DNA of 64,000 bases from an uncultured Gammaproteobacteria bacterium (GCA_964503955.1 CAZDCG010000002.1:205047-269046), one strand, 5' to 3'; numbered from the stretch's first letter, positions 1-8,812 are shown. The notes: a model not told the origin generated them from the sequence alone. A program made the numbers and translations.

Positions 1-245
1 ATGTCTACGACAAGGACCCGAACGCCTTTTCAGACGCCAAACCGCTTTCAGACGTATCCTGGAGCGATTTTGAGGCCCTTGTGGGCTCAGAATGGCACCC
101 GGGCATGAATGCGCCGTTTGACCCGATCGCGACCAAACTCGCCAAAGAGCTTGGCCTAGAGGTTCTCATCATGAAAGGCACCAATCTCCCAAACCTCCGC
201 CGCTACCTTGAAACAGGGGAGTTTGAGGGGACGAGGATAAAATAG
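1..245 (+). CDS. C-terminal fragment of an amino-acid-kinase-family protein, possibly archaeal-type UMP kinase. The 5' end lies outside the window.
   Basis: Frame 3 is open from base 3 to the TAG at 243-245. The translation VYDKDPNAFSDAKPLSDVSWSDFEALVGSEWHPGMNAPFDPIATKLAKELGLEVLIMKGTNLPNLRRYLETGEFEGTRIK resembles the C-terminus of UMP kinases. Confidence 0.35.
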   Translation, partial: VYDKDPNAFSDAKPLSDVSWSDFEALVGSEWHPGMNAPFDPIATKLAKELGLEVLIMKGTNLPNLRRYLETGEFEGTRIK

Positions 246-254
246 CTGCATTCT

Positions 255-1949
255 ATGGCTGCCACCAAAAAGAAAGACGAATCTATTGAGCTTGTTGGGG
301 CTAAACTAAAGTCTCTTAAGATTCAAAATTTTAGGTGTATCGGGGATAAGGCCGTCGAGATCGAACTTGATGATATCGTTGTACTTGTCGGGCCAAATAA
401 TGTTGGCAAAAGTTCAATCTTACGAGCATATGAACTGATAATGAAGCAAGGTTCAACTGCCGGAAACCTCACGAAAGATGATTTCCCAAATTCTGAGATC
501 AATCCTAGTGCCTTACCTACCATTGAATTAGTCACAGCTGTTTCACATGAAAGTAAGCCGGGAGAAGATTGGATAGAAACTACTGATGATGGTGAATTAA
601 TTGTCCGTGAACGATTCTCTTGGACAGATGTGGGCAAAGCAAAGCGCCAGGGGTGGAATGTTAAAGAGAATAACTGGTCTGAAAAAGTACCCTGGGGCGC
701 AAGCAATTATGCTAATTCTAATCGTCCAGAACCGCACAGGGTGAGCCCGTTCGACTCTCCGGAGAAACAGTCTGATGAGATAAATGCTATTTTGGTTTCG
801 ATACTCGAGAGCAAAGACTCTTTTAGGCAAGACCTATTACCCGAGGTTAAAAAACTCCGAATGAAGATCATCGAGGAATCAAAGCAGGAAGTTGAGGCTA
901 TCGAACAATCTTTAGCAAGTTCGATTGGCGCAATATTCCCTGGTTATGAAGTTAAGTTCGATGCAAATCCTGAGGGGGGGTTAGAAAAAGCACTTAGACT
1001 CTGGGAGGGCAACACAACATTAAAGATGGGGCCAAGTGGTCAATATTGTTCGACTATTGATAAGCAGGGAAGTGGTGCGAGAAGGACTCTTCTGTGGAAC
1101 GCCTTAAAAATCATTTCAGAACATAAGAGCAAGGAAGGAAGGCCTCATGTTTTGCTGCTTGATGAACCAGAGATTTGCTTGCATCCGAATGCAATTAGAG
1201 AAGCTTGTCGGGTTTTATATGAGCTGCCAGGTGCAGGCAATTGGCAAGTACTTGTCACGACCCATTCTCCAGCATTTATTGATTTGTCTCGTGATCACAC
1301 TAGTATTGTGCGTGTTGATAGAAGTCCGGCGGGCGTGGTAACTGGAACCACGATTTTTCGACCAGATTCTGTAAACTTTGATGCTGATGACAAAGAAAAC
1401 ATGAAGCTTCTCAATTTATTTGACCCCTATGTAGCTGAATTTTTCTTTGGTGGAAGAACCGTTATTGTAGAAGGGGATACTGAATACACTGCTTTCAACT
1501 ATATCCGTTCATTGTATCCAGAAGAGTTTTCTGACTTGCAAATAGTCCGTGCCAGGGGGAAATCAACGATAGTTTCTCTGGCAAAAATCCTCAATCACTT
1601 TGGCACAGGATATGCGATCTTGCATGACGCGGACAACAAAACAGTGCAAAGAGGTGAGGTTGAAATTACAAGTCCTGCGTGGACTGTTAATGAACGCATA
1701 TCGGAAGTGGTCGGTGAAGCAAAAGAATCTGTTCGACTGGTCGCTTCAGTTCACAATTTTGAAGAAGCGTTTCTGGGGGTAACCGTTAAAAAAGAAAAAC
1801 CTTATACAACATTCATAAATCTCAAAGAAGACAGGGATTTTCAGGAAAAAATCTACAAATTACTACGATACCTAGCTGGGAAATCAGAGGAACTTCCCGA
1901 GGGCGCGTTAGCTTGGAAGAACATCAGTGACTTGGGGGGCCGCTGTTAA
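255..1949 (+). CDS. OLD-family ATP-dependent endonuclease: N-terminal ABC-type ATPase fused to a C-terminal Toprim domain.
   Basis: 564 aa. Walker A is VLVGPNNVGKSS, the ABC signature/Q-loop region is present, and Walker B is LLLDEPEICLHP. The Toprim glutamate motif TVIVEGDTEY and the DxD motif ILHDADNK follow. The size matches P2 Old and GajA (about 570-590 aa). Confidence 0.7.
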   Translation: MAATKKKDESIELVGAKLKSLKIQNFRCIGDKAVEIELDDIVVLVGPNNVGKSSILRAYELIMKQGSTAGNLTKDDFPNSEINPSALPTIELVTAVSHESKPGEDWIETTDDGELIVRERFSWTDVGKAKRQGWNVKENNWSEKVPWGASNYANSNRPEPHRVSPFDSPEKQSDEINAILVSILESKDSFRQDLLPEVKKLRMKIIEESKQEVEAIEQSLASSIGAIFPGYEVKFDANPEGGLEKALRLWEGNTTLKMGPSGQYCSTIDKQGSGARRTLLWNALKIISEHKSKEGRPHVLLLDEPEICLHPNAIREACRVLYELPGAGNWQVLVTTHSPAFIDLSRDHTSIVRVDRSPAGVVTGTTIFRPDSVNFDADDKENMKLLNLFDPYVAEFFFGGRTVIVEGDTEYTAFNYIRSLYPEEFSDLQIVRARGKSTIVSLAKILNHFGTGYAILHDADNKTVQRGEVEITSPAWTVNERISEVVGEAKESVRLVASVHNFEEAFLGVTVKKEKPYTTFINLKEDRDFQEKIYKLLRYLAGKSEELPEGALAWKNISDLGGRC

Positions 1950-1958
1950 GTGCCCCCT

Positions 1959-1987
1959 TTGACAAACTCCCTTATTTATCCTACTAT
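1959..1987 (+). promoter_or_regulatory. Sigma70-like promoter for rplJ-rplL: TTGACA, 17-bp spacer, TACTAT. A structured leader with a GGCGTAC-AGAC-GTACGCC hairpin follows.
   Basis: TTGACA at 1959-1964 and TACTAT at 1982-1987 are spaced exactly 17 bp. A leader of about 290 nt before rplJ is typical of the L10 autoregulatory leader. Confidence 0.4.
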
Positions 1988-2271
1988 TCTCATACCGTAG
2001 ACAGCGGGCAGTCCGAAAGGGCAGAGGCCCCGCCGAGGGAAAAAGCTGAGGAGCTTTCTTTTGTTCTAACCAATAGGCCAGAAGATAGCTCCTCAAAGGT
2101 CGATTTCCAAGATCGTTCTACGGCATAAAAGCCGTTTTTTGTTTGCCTTCCATCTTTAGCGCACTTCTTCGTTGCTTTCTCCGGTGCTCGACGGCGTACA
2201 GACGTACGCCTTACTCCGCTCCTTGAAAGCGCCTCGAATTGCATCTAAATCTGGAAGGCACATAAGTTACT

Positions 2272-2817
2272 ATGGCAAAAAGTAGACTACAAAAAGAAGA
2301 AGCCGTAAAACAGCTCACCGACCAGTTTTCTCAGGCAAAATCAGCGGTCTTTGTCAGCTTCGCTGGCCTCAAGGTCTCCGATATCAGCAATTTCCGTACT
2401 GAATGCCGAAAAAACGACCTCTCTTATGCTGTGGCGAAGAAAACTCTCATCAACATTGCGCTGAAAAATGCCAAGATTGAAGGAGTGGATCTCAGCCAGT
2501 TCGAGAGCGGAATCGGAACTGTTTTTGGTCTTCATGACGAAGTCGCTCCGGCTCAGATCGTTGATAAATTTGCTAAAGATCACCAGGCCATGACTATTCT
2601 TGGCGGCGTGATGACGGAAAACCCGGAAGGGCAGAAATTCCTTTCCGTGGACCAGGTCAAGGCTCTTGCGAAACTTCCTTCAAAAGAAGTTCTCCTCGGC
2701 CGTCTCGTTGGCAGCATCAATGCTCCGGTTTCCGGTTTCGTCAATGTTCTCGCTGGAAATATCCGTGGTTTGGTCAATGTACTAAGCCAGGTCAAAGACC
2801 AGCGTTCACAATCATAA
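2272..2817 (+). CDS. rplJ: 50S ribosomal protein L10.
   Basis: 181 aa. The N-terminus and length are typical of L10. It sits immediately upstream of rplL. Confidence 0.9.
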   Translation: MAKSRLQKEEAVKQLTDQFSQAKSAVFVSFAGLKVSDISNFRTECRKNDLSYAVAKKTLINIALKNAKIEGVDLSQFESGIGTVFGLHDEVAPAQIVDKFAKDHQAMTILGGVMTENPEGQKFLSVDQVKALAKLPSKEVLLGRLVGSINAPVSGFVNVLAGNIRGLVNVLSQVKDQRSQS

Positions 2818-2839
2818 TCACCCTATTAACCAAACAACT

Positions 2840-3256
2840 ATGTCAGAAGAAAAGAAAGACGTGGTGGTACCAGAAAAGTTCAAGGCTCTTGTTGAGCAGA
2901 TCGAACAGATGTCTGTTCTCGATCTTTCAGAACTGGTTTCACTTCTTGAAGATAAATTCGGTGTTTCAGCAGCAGGCGCTCCTGTCATGATGGCCGGCCC
3001 AATGATGGGCGGAGCCGGAGCAGGTGAAGCGGCAGCTGAAAAGACAGAATTCGCGGTAGAATTGACTGATGCTGGCGCGAACAAGATCGCTGTGATCAAG
3101 GCAATCCGCTCTGTGATGACTGAACTCAGCCTTAAAGATGCGAAAGACATCACTGATGGCGCTCCAAAGGTCATCAAGGAAGGCGTGAAGAAGGAAGACG
3201 CGGAAGCGATGAAGAAAGCCATCGAAGAAGCTGGAGGAAAAGTAACCCTCAAGTAA
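2840..3256 (+). CDS. rplL: 50S ribosomal protein L7/L12.
   Basis: 138 aa. It has an Ala/Gly-rich hinge and the C-terminal domain ...[22 protein letters not shown]...[10 protein letters not shown]. Confidence 0.92.
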   Translation: MSEEKKDVVVPEKFKALVEQIEQMSVLDLSELVSLLEDKFGVSAAGAPVMMAGPMMGGAGAGEAAAEKTEFAVELTDAGANKIAVIKAIRSVMTELSLKDAKDITDGAPKVIKEGVKKEDAEAMKKAIEEAGGKVTLK

Positions 3257-3269
3257 ATCTTCCAAACAA

Positions 3270-3295
3270 AAAGAGCCCTGCGGGACTCTTTTTGT
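3270..3295. terminator. Rho-independent terminator after rplL. It also lies just downstream of the convergent gene ending at 3301.
   Basis: The hairpin AGAGCCC-tgc-GGGaCTCT is followed by TTTTT. Confidence 0.5.
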
Positions 3296-3300
3296 ATTGC

Positions 3301-5619
3301 TTATAATTCGATTCTATAGAGTTTATCAGCCGTAATCACGTAGGCGGCATTCTTCACCAGATCAACAGTCAGGTCCTCAAAAGGGGACGCGCCGTCGGAG
3401 ACATACTGCGCCATAAACGAGCCTGTTTTGTTAAAGACAAGCAGACGGTTTGGTTCAAGGATGTACAAGCGCTGCGTGTCTGCTGACGTAAACAGGCGCT
3501 GGGCATTTTCAAGCGGCGGATCAACCAGTGCCAGCTGAATACGCGGATTGGCGGCCCGCCCGCGCAGGAATTGCAGGACATTGTTTGGCGTAAGCACATA
3601 TACGCTGCCGTCAATGGCGATATCTCGCGCATTCGAAAGGTCGGCTTCTTCCGTCATCCAATTGCTGAACACAGAAAGGCTTGGAAGCTGATTCGAGCGC
3701 AGAATCTGGTTCAGTGAAGGCGCAACTGTGTATAAACGGTTATTGAAGAAAGCGGCTCCCACGAGATCAGCCTGGGTATTGGCTGTGGAGGTGATGGCTT
3801 CCTTGGCCGCGTAATCAACCTGGGTGACATTATTGCGCTGGATCAGCGCGTAGGTACCTTCAACAATGCGCACGGCGCTTGTCATGCCTTGCGCGTCTGA
3901 AGCAATATCGGTCTGCTGAGCAGAAAGGGTCTGAGGATTGATTCTGAGCGCGGACGTAGAAGACTGAGAGAGAATGGTCAGCGCGTCACCGTCAAGGAAA
4001 ATGGCTGCAGCGGGACCTTTGAGCTGCTCGGAAAGATTGTCGACAAGAAGAGATCCTTCTTGCAGGCGGATTTCCTTTCTCAACTTGCGCTGCTGCTCTT
4101 CAAGGCTTGCCATCAGCGTGGATCGTTCAGAGGCGAATTCCTCGATTTCAGGCAGGCTTGTCAAAGAGGCCAGGGTTGTCTGAAGCAATTCCGTGGCATC
4201 GGCTTCGCGGCCTACAATCAGATGGGCATCGATTCGGTTGATGCTATTCCGGATTTGAGCAAGGTTTACGGAGACCTGTTCTTTTTCTTCCTTGGTCTGC
4301 TTTACAGATGACCGCCAGATCGAAAGACCTGTAAATGAGCCCGCCAGCAGAATGATGACAAGGTAGGTAACAGGGGATTTAAGCAGGTTCGGAGTAATAA
4401 AACGTCGAATCGGTCGGATAATACGGTCAAAGATGGAGAGGAGCATCTTTTTCCATGTTGATGTGCGCGTCACAGCCTGGTTTGTGGAGAGCAGGTCCAT
4501 GGTGCTTGGGCGCTGAGATGATCCCGTCCCGCGCACAAGACGAAGAAGGATCAGGAAAGTGTGCTTGACCGCGGTCAGTACTTTCTTAGGCAACGATTGA
4601 TGTTCGTTCCACTTCTCTCCGGCATGTTTAGGTACCCGCTTATCTGGAAAGATATTTTTCAGTTTGTCAGCCGCGGGGCCAAGCAGCTGGGAGAAGTGAA
4701 AACCTGCGGAATTGCCAAGCAGCTTTTGCGTTTGCGCCTCCGTTGTATTGAGATTCTCCATTGATGTTTCGGCTCCAAGATCCAGGCGGCGTTGTACGTC
4801 CTCATTGCGGAGCGGGTAGGGGGAAAGGCGCAGGGAAATGCCTGCCACAAGGCGGTCCGGTCCCTGGAAATGGATCTGATTTTCAATATGCTTGCCGGCC
4901 GGAAGCACGGAAAGGGTAGAAAGAATTTGCTTGAGTTCTGTTAAGGAAATGTAATTGAGTAAATTAGGTGTACAGAAGAAAATCTGGTCGTTTTGCGGGA
5001 TAGAGCTGCTGATGATATTGCGGAAAAACTTCTGCGGAATGCCTTGGGTTTGCAGCTGGTCGGACGTATCAAAGATACTAATAAGTTTTTTGGTTTCAAG
5101 CTGGGCATTGTTGAGCAGCCAGCCTGTTACGTCGCCAAAGCGGCTGACATGAAATTGCATTCTGTTTGGAACCTGGTCAGGAGTCAGCATTCCGATAATC
5201 ATGGACCAGCTATGAACGGGCAGAGGGGCGGAAAAGTCTCGCAGAAAGGCGGTGATTTCCTGATTGATTTTTTGCAGGCATTGCTCAAAGAAATCGTCAG
5301 GAGCAACCGTAATGCGCTGGCCTTCAAAACGATCTTGTTGATACTTGATAATCTGCCTGCAGCGTTCGCCGACTTCGGCAATCACGGAAGGGTTGTCAGC
5401 CGGACCATTTTGAAAAATAAGCAATGAAAAAAATTTATACGGCTGGCCTGAAAAATGCAGGTCGAGCTGCCATGCGTCGCTGACCCCGTTTGTCCGGGGA
5501 TCCTTCTTGAAAAAATGTCCGAAGGGAAGCCGTAGATCGGTCATAGGACAGTGAGTGGGGGCGGTTTCCTTTACAGATGATAGTAGAGTCATTATACTTG
5601 ATTCTCGAGACGTGATCAA
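3301..5619 (-). CDS. Large hypothetical protein with one predicted transmembrane segment and a repeat-containing C-terminal region (possibly beta-propeller).
   Basis: A long ORF of 772 aa. A central hydrophobic helix (VTYLVIILLAGSFTGLSIW) is followed by repeated LY-x-V/I-x-P/A-x-x-L motifs. No family was recognised. Confidence 0.5.
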   Translation of the reverse strand: MITSRESSIMTLLSSVKETAPTHCPMTDLRLPFGHFFKKDPRTNGVSDAWQLDLHFSGQPYKFFSLLIFQNGPADNPSVIAEVGERCRQIIKYQQDRFEGQRITVAPDDFFEQCLQKINQEITAFLRDFSAPLPVHSWSMIIGMLTPDQVPNRMQFHVSRFGDVTGWLLNNAQLETKKLISIFDTSDQLQTQGIPQKFFRNIISSSIPQNDQIFFCTPNLLNYISLTELKQILSTLSVLPAGKHIENQIHFQGPDRLVAGISLRLSPYPLRNEDVQRRLDLGAETSMENLNTTEAQTQKLLGNSAGFHFSQLLGPAADKLKNIFPDKRVPKHAGEKWNEHQSLPKKVLTAVKHTFLILLRLVRGTGSSQRPSTMDLLSTNQAVTRTSTWKKMLLSIFDRIIRPIRRFITPNLLKSPVTYLVIILLAGSFTGLSIWRSSVKQTKEEKEQVSVNLAQIRNSINRIDAHLIVGREADATELLQTTLASLTSLPEIEEFASERSTLMASLEEQQRKLRKEIRLQEGSLLVDNLSEQLKGPAAAIFLDGDALTILSQSSTSALRINPQTLSAQQTDIASDAQGMTSAVRIVEGTYALIQRNNVTQVDYAAKEAITSTANTQADLVGAAFFNNRLYTVAPSLNQILRSNQLPSLSVFSNWMTEEADLSNARDIAIDGSVYVLTPNNVLQFLRGRAANPRIQLALVDPPLENAQRLFTSADTQRLYILEPNRLLVFNKTGSFMAQYVSDGASPFEDLTVDLVKNAAYVITADKLYRIEL

Positions 5620-5651
5620 TCAATTGATTCACAAGAAAAAGGCTATTTTCT

Positions 5652-6272
5652 ATGCTTGTTCAACTATTTGGTTCAAAAACCCGCGTGGCATTGCTCAAGC
5701 TCTTTTTCGATAATGCGGAACGTCCATATTTTGTCCGTGAATTGACCCGCGAGCTGGATGCGCAAATCAATTCCGTGCGCAGGGAATTGGGCAATCTCGT
5801 GGAAATCGGGATTGTGGAGGTGGTGGAGGAAATGCCTGTTATGGCTCTGGAGGAGTGGGAAGAGGTACCAAAAGGTTTGAACAAACGTAAGTTCTACCGC
5901 TTGAATAAATTTTTTGTCCTGCACGACGAACTCTTTTCTCTCTTTTCAAAATCGCATCTTGTTGTTGAGAAGGATCTCATGGATCAGCTGGCCAAGGTCC
6001 GCAACCTTGAGCTGCTTGTTATGACCGGGGTTTTTACCGGCAATACCAATACGAAAACCGACGTTCTGATGGTCGGCAAAGTCGATCGCCAGGAGGTTTC
6101 ATCCTTGATCTCCACATTTGAACAAAAGCTTGAAAAGGAGATCAATTACACCATAATGCCGGTGAAGGAATTCGAATACCGTCGAGAAATCACGGACAGA
6201 TTCCTTTACGATATTCTGGTGAATCACAAAAAGCTGATTCTTGTTGACCGGCTGGGCGTGAGCGGCAAATAG
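5652..6272 (+). CDS. Putative winged-helix transcriptional regulator.
   Basis: 206 aa. The N-terminal wHTH-like stretch (TRVALLKLFFDNAERPYFVRELTRELDAQINSVRRELGNLVEIGIV) resembles ArsR/PadR-like DNA-binding domains. Confidence 0.45.
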   Translation: MLVQLFGSKTRVALLKLFFDNAERPYFVRELTRELDAQINSVRRELGNLVEIGIVEVVEEMPVMALEEWEEVPKGLNKRKFYRLNKFFVLHDELFSLFSKSHLVVEKDLMDQLAKVRNLELLVMTGVFTGNTNTKTDVLMVGKVDRQEVSSLISTFEQKLEKEINYTIMPVKEFEYRREITDRFLYDILVNHKKLILVDRLGVSGK

Positions 6273-6273
6273 T

Positions 6274-6633
6274 ATGTATCTGCTTTTTGATGCAAATCAA
6301 GGGCGTTTTGCGAGATTCAACGATAGTGATACTGATTTGCAATGGGCCGTCGTTGAGCAAGAAGCTTCATTGGCCAGCTTGATCGCGCCTGATATCGACT
6401 CCGTTAAGGGCGTGGTTGTCTGGCAGGGGAAAGGCAGTTTTTCGCAATCCCGCGAAGCTGTTGTAGTGGCCAATATGCTGGCATTAACAAAAGGGGTGAA
6501 GCTGCTGAGTATGCAGGCGGATGAATTGCCACCGTTGAAAGCTCTCATCAACGAACTTGAGGCTTCAGATAAGACTGCTTTAGAGCCGGTCTACTATGCC
6601 GAGCCGAATATCAATTCAGGTGCTATGCAGTAG
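6274..6633 (+). CDS. Short TsaB/YeaZ-like protein (inactive glycoprotease homologue of the t6A pathway). It appears truncated.
   Basis: 119 aa. It begins MYLLFDANQG.., and GKGSFSQSREAVVVANMLALTKGVKLL matches the TsaB G-x-GSFTG-x-R-I/V core. Confidence 0.35.
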   Translation: MYLLFDANQGRFARFNDSDTDLQWAVVEQEASLASLIAPDIDSVKGVVVWQGKGSFSQSREAVVVANMLALTKGVKLLSMQADELPPLKALINELEASDKTALEPVYYAEPNINSGAMQ

Positions 6634-6783
6634 GATGTAGGTGGTAGGCTTGCGGCAACCTCTGAACTCTGAATCCTGAATTCTGGCTCTGGATCTGAAC
6701 TTGGTTCAGATCCAGAATTCTGATCCAGATTTCAGAATTCAGATTTTTTCCAACAGCCTACAACCTACCTCCTACAGCCTGGC
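6628..6783. repeat. Compound nested palindrome of about 150 bp. Outer arms are GTAGG-triplet repeats. The inner arms are about 40 bp, imperfectly inverted, centred on the perfect hairpin CTGGATCTGAAC-ttgg-GTTCAGATCCAG and followed by a T-run.
   Basis: The outer arms GTAGGATGTAGGTGGTAGGCTTG (6632-6654) and CAGCCTACAACCTACCTCCTAC (6754-6775) are reverse complements with a few mismatches. For the inner arms, left is ctgaactctgaatcctgaattctggctctggatctgaac and the reverse complement of right is ctgaattctgaaatctggatcagaattctggatctgaac. TTTTTT runs 6743-6748. Confidence 0.7.
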
Positions 6784-6796
6784 TTTATCCACAATA

Positions 6797-6895
6797 ATCC
6801 TCCGGAATAGGAGGATTTTTGTGTTGACAGGTGCCACTTGGTGGCATACAATGGGTGTAAAGTGGTTTGAGGTGGGGAATTATGGTGAATTCTAT
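6797..6895 (+). promoter_or_regulatory. mraZ promoter region. A perfect inverted repeat (AATCCTCC-ggaata-GGAGGATT) is followed by a consensus sigma70 promoter (TTGACA, 17-bp spacer, TACAAT) whose spacer contains TGCCAC-ttg-GTGGCA. Downstream are GTGG-type repeats about 10 bp apart that resemble MraZ boxes.
   Basis: TTGACA is at 6824-6829 and TACAAT at 6847-6852. Downstream sequence gggtgtaaagtggtttgaggtggggaattatggtg holds GTG(T/G)G repeats with about 10-bp periodicity. MraZ is known to autoregulate by binding direct GTGGG-like repeats near Pmra. Confidence 0.55.
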
Positions 6896-6961
6896 GGAGG
6901 AACCAACCAATCAATGCCCGCTACATCGGCTTCGGCCGTGGATAACCTCGGAATGTCCCGT

Positions 6962-7393
6962 ATGTTTATCGGAGAATACCAACATTCTGTCGACGAGAAG
7001 GGAAGAATGGCCCTTCCGGCACGATTCAGAAAAAAGCTCCAGCAAGGAGCCGTGGTCACCAAGGGACTAGACGAGTGTCTGGTTGTTTATCCGCGCAAAG
7101 AATGGGAAGAGCTCGCCAAACGGCTTTCTTCCTTGCCGATCAGTCAGTCAAATACGCGAGCGTTTTCACGCTTGATGCTTGCTGGCGCCATGGATGTAGA
7201 GCTTGATAAGCAGGGAAGAATGGTTGTTCCTGAATACCTCCGCCAATACGGCCACATTGAGAAAAAGGTTGTTGTCGCAGGTCTTTACAACCGAATCGAA
7301 CTCTGGAATGCCGAGAAATGGGAGGCTTACCGCACCAAAACCGAGGCTGCCAGCAATGAAATTGCCGAGCAGCTGAGTGAACTGGGGGTATAG
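6962..7393 (+). CDS. mraZ: Transcriptional regulator MraZ.
   Basis: MFIGEYQHSVDEKGRMALPARFRKKL... plus a second DxxGR repeat (DKQGRMVVPEYLR), totalling 143 aa. The listed ORF start at 6701 is an upstream in-frame extension through the palindrome and was rejected. Alternative ATG at 6953. Confidence 0.85.
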   Translation: MFIGEYQHSVDEKGRMALPARFRKKLQQGAVVTKGLDECLVVYPRKEWEELAKRLSSLPISQSNTRAFSRLMLAGAMDVELDKQGRMVVPEYLRQYGHIEKKVVVAGLYNRIELWNAEKWEAYRTKTEAASNEIAEQLSELGV

Positions 7394-7475
7394 GTTAACG
7401 AGTTCACGGGTTTGGAAAAACAAACTGACGTAAAACCCGTTAACACATTAACCCGTTAACACGTTAACAGAAGCT

Positions 7476-8411
7476 ATGTCTGACTCCGTCCATCAACCCG
7501 TCATGCCAAATGAAGTCCTTGCATACCTCCAGCCAAAAGAGGGTGGTATGTATCTGGACGGAACAACGGGAGCGGGCGGTCATAGCAGGCTGATCCTTGA
7601 AACGGCAAATGGAAAGGCAACCTTGCTTGGCTTGGACCGGGACGCGGAAATTCTCGCCATTGCCAAAGAGAATCTCAAAGAATTTTCTGGAGTTACTTTG
7701 GTCCATGCTTCTTACGCTCAGGCACTTGAAGCAGCCAAAGAACAGGGATTTGAAGGTTTCGACGGTATTCTGCTCGATCTGGGCGCTTCTTCTTTGCAGT
7801 TTGACCGGCCTGAAAGAGGGTTTTCTTTTAAAGAAGATGGTCCGCTTGATATGCGTTTTGACGTCAGCGGCGGCTTGCAAACGGCTGCTGACATCGTGAA
7901 CACGTATCCGCAAAAAGAACTGGCTCGTATTTTTCGCGAATACGGCGAAGAGAAGCACGCGTCTCTTATCGCCAAGGCCATTGTCACGGACCGCAAAATC
8001 GCTCCTTTTCATTCCACCAGGCAGCTGGCTGATCTGATCAGCCGCATCATGCCGCGAAAGCATACGCTCAGGATTCATCCGGCCACGTGTGTCTTCCAGG
8101 CGCTGCGCATCGAAGTGAATCAGGAGCTTGAAACCATCAAATCCGCCTTGCCGGAGCTGATCGGACTTCTCAAGCAGGGTGGAAGGATCGTGGTGATCTC
8201 GTTTCATTCGCTTGAGGACCGCCTGGTCAAACAGGCATTCCGCGAAGCGGAAATCGACTGCGTCTGTCCTCCGGATTTCCCGGTTTGCAGATGCGACAAG
8301 CAATCGATGATCAAAGTGCTTACAAAAAAACCGGTGCTCCCAACAAAAAAAGAAATCAAAAACAACCTCCGTTCCCGCAGTGCCAAGCTGCGAGCCGCGG
8401 AGCGAAAATAA
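7476..8411 (+). CDS. rsmH: 16S rRNA (cytosine1402-N4)-methyltransferase RsmH/MraW.
   Basis: 311 aa. HQPVMPNEVLAYL...GGMYLDGTTGAGGHS is the SAM-binding motif. It sits next to mraZ and ftsL. Confidence 0.9.
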   Translation: MSDSVHQPVMPNEVLAYLQPKEGGMYLDGTTGAGGHSRLILETANGKATLLGLDRDAEILAIAKENLKEFSGVTLVHASYAQALEAAKEQGFEGFDGILLDLGASSLQFDRPERGFSFKEDGPLDMRFDVSGGLQTAADIVNTYPQKELARIFREYGEEKHASLIAKAIVTDRKIAPFHSTRQLADLISRIMPRKHTLRIHPATCVFQALRIEVNQELETIKSALPELIGLLKQGGRIVVISFHSLEDRLVKQAFREAEIDCVCPPDFPVCRCDKQSMIKVLTKKPVLPTKKEIKNNLRSRSAKLRAAERK

Positions 8412-8416
8412 AATAT

Positions 8417-8755
8417 ATGATCAACGTACGCTCTCTTTCTTTGCCCGCATTTTCAAATATGGCCAATGCCCTTGTTCAGGGGAGAGCCGGTCGTATCGCA
8501 TTGCTCGCTTTGACACTCGCTCTTGGCCTATTGTATGTTCTTCAAATGAACCTCACGGCCACAAAAGGATATGATATCAGAGCTCTTGAGCAGCGCAGAG
8601 AAACGCTAGATAAGCGCGCGCGAGCCCTTCAGCTTGAAGCGATTGAGCTTCAGTCTGTGGAGCGCATTTTGGCGCAGTTGCCGGAACATAACCTTGTACA
8701 GTCAAAACCAGATGCCTTTTTAAGCACAGCTGCTTCCGCCTTTGCCGCGCGGTAA
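8417..8755 (+). CDS. ftsL: Cell-division protein FtsL-like: small bitopic membrane protein with a coiled coil.
   Basis: 112 aa from the ATG at 8417. A single TM (RIALLALTLALGLLYVLQM) is followed by a coiled coil. It lies between rsmH and ftsI. The listed ORF start at 8285 overlaps rsmH and was rejected. Confidence 0.55.
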   Translation: MINVRSLSLPAFSNMANALVQGRAGRIALLALTLALGLLYVLQMNLTATKGYDIRALEQRRETLDKRARALQLEAIELQSVERILAQLPEHNLVQSKPDAFLSTAASAFAAR

Positions 8756-8812
8756 ATCGCGTTCACAAGTTGGGAGCGAAGGCGGCTGGTTGCCGCCTTC
8801 TTTTTTCACATT

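Noticed and set aside
6701-6961. N-terminal 87-aa extension of the mraZ ORF (track start 6701).
   Set aside because: It runs through the compound palindrome, the T-run and the consensus promoter. The MraZ family start MF(I/L)GEY lies at 6962, so the extension is non-coding.
7464-8303. 279-aa minus-strand ORF antisense to rsmH.
   Set aside because: It fully overlaps a confidently identified conserved gene and has no recognisable motifs.
8285-8416. Upstream extension of the ftsL ORF overlapping the 3' end of rsmH.
   Set aside because: The extension is hydrophilic junk in an alternative frame of rsmH. The FtsL-like protein starts at the ATG at 8417.
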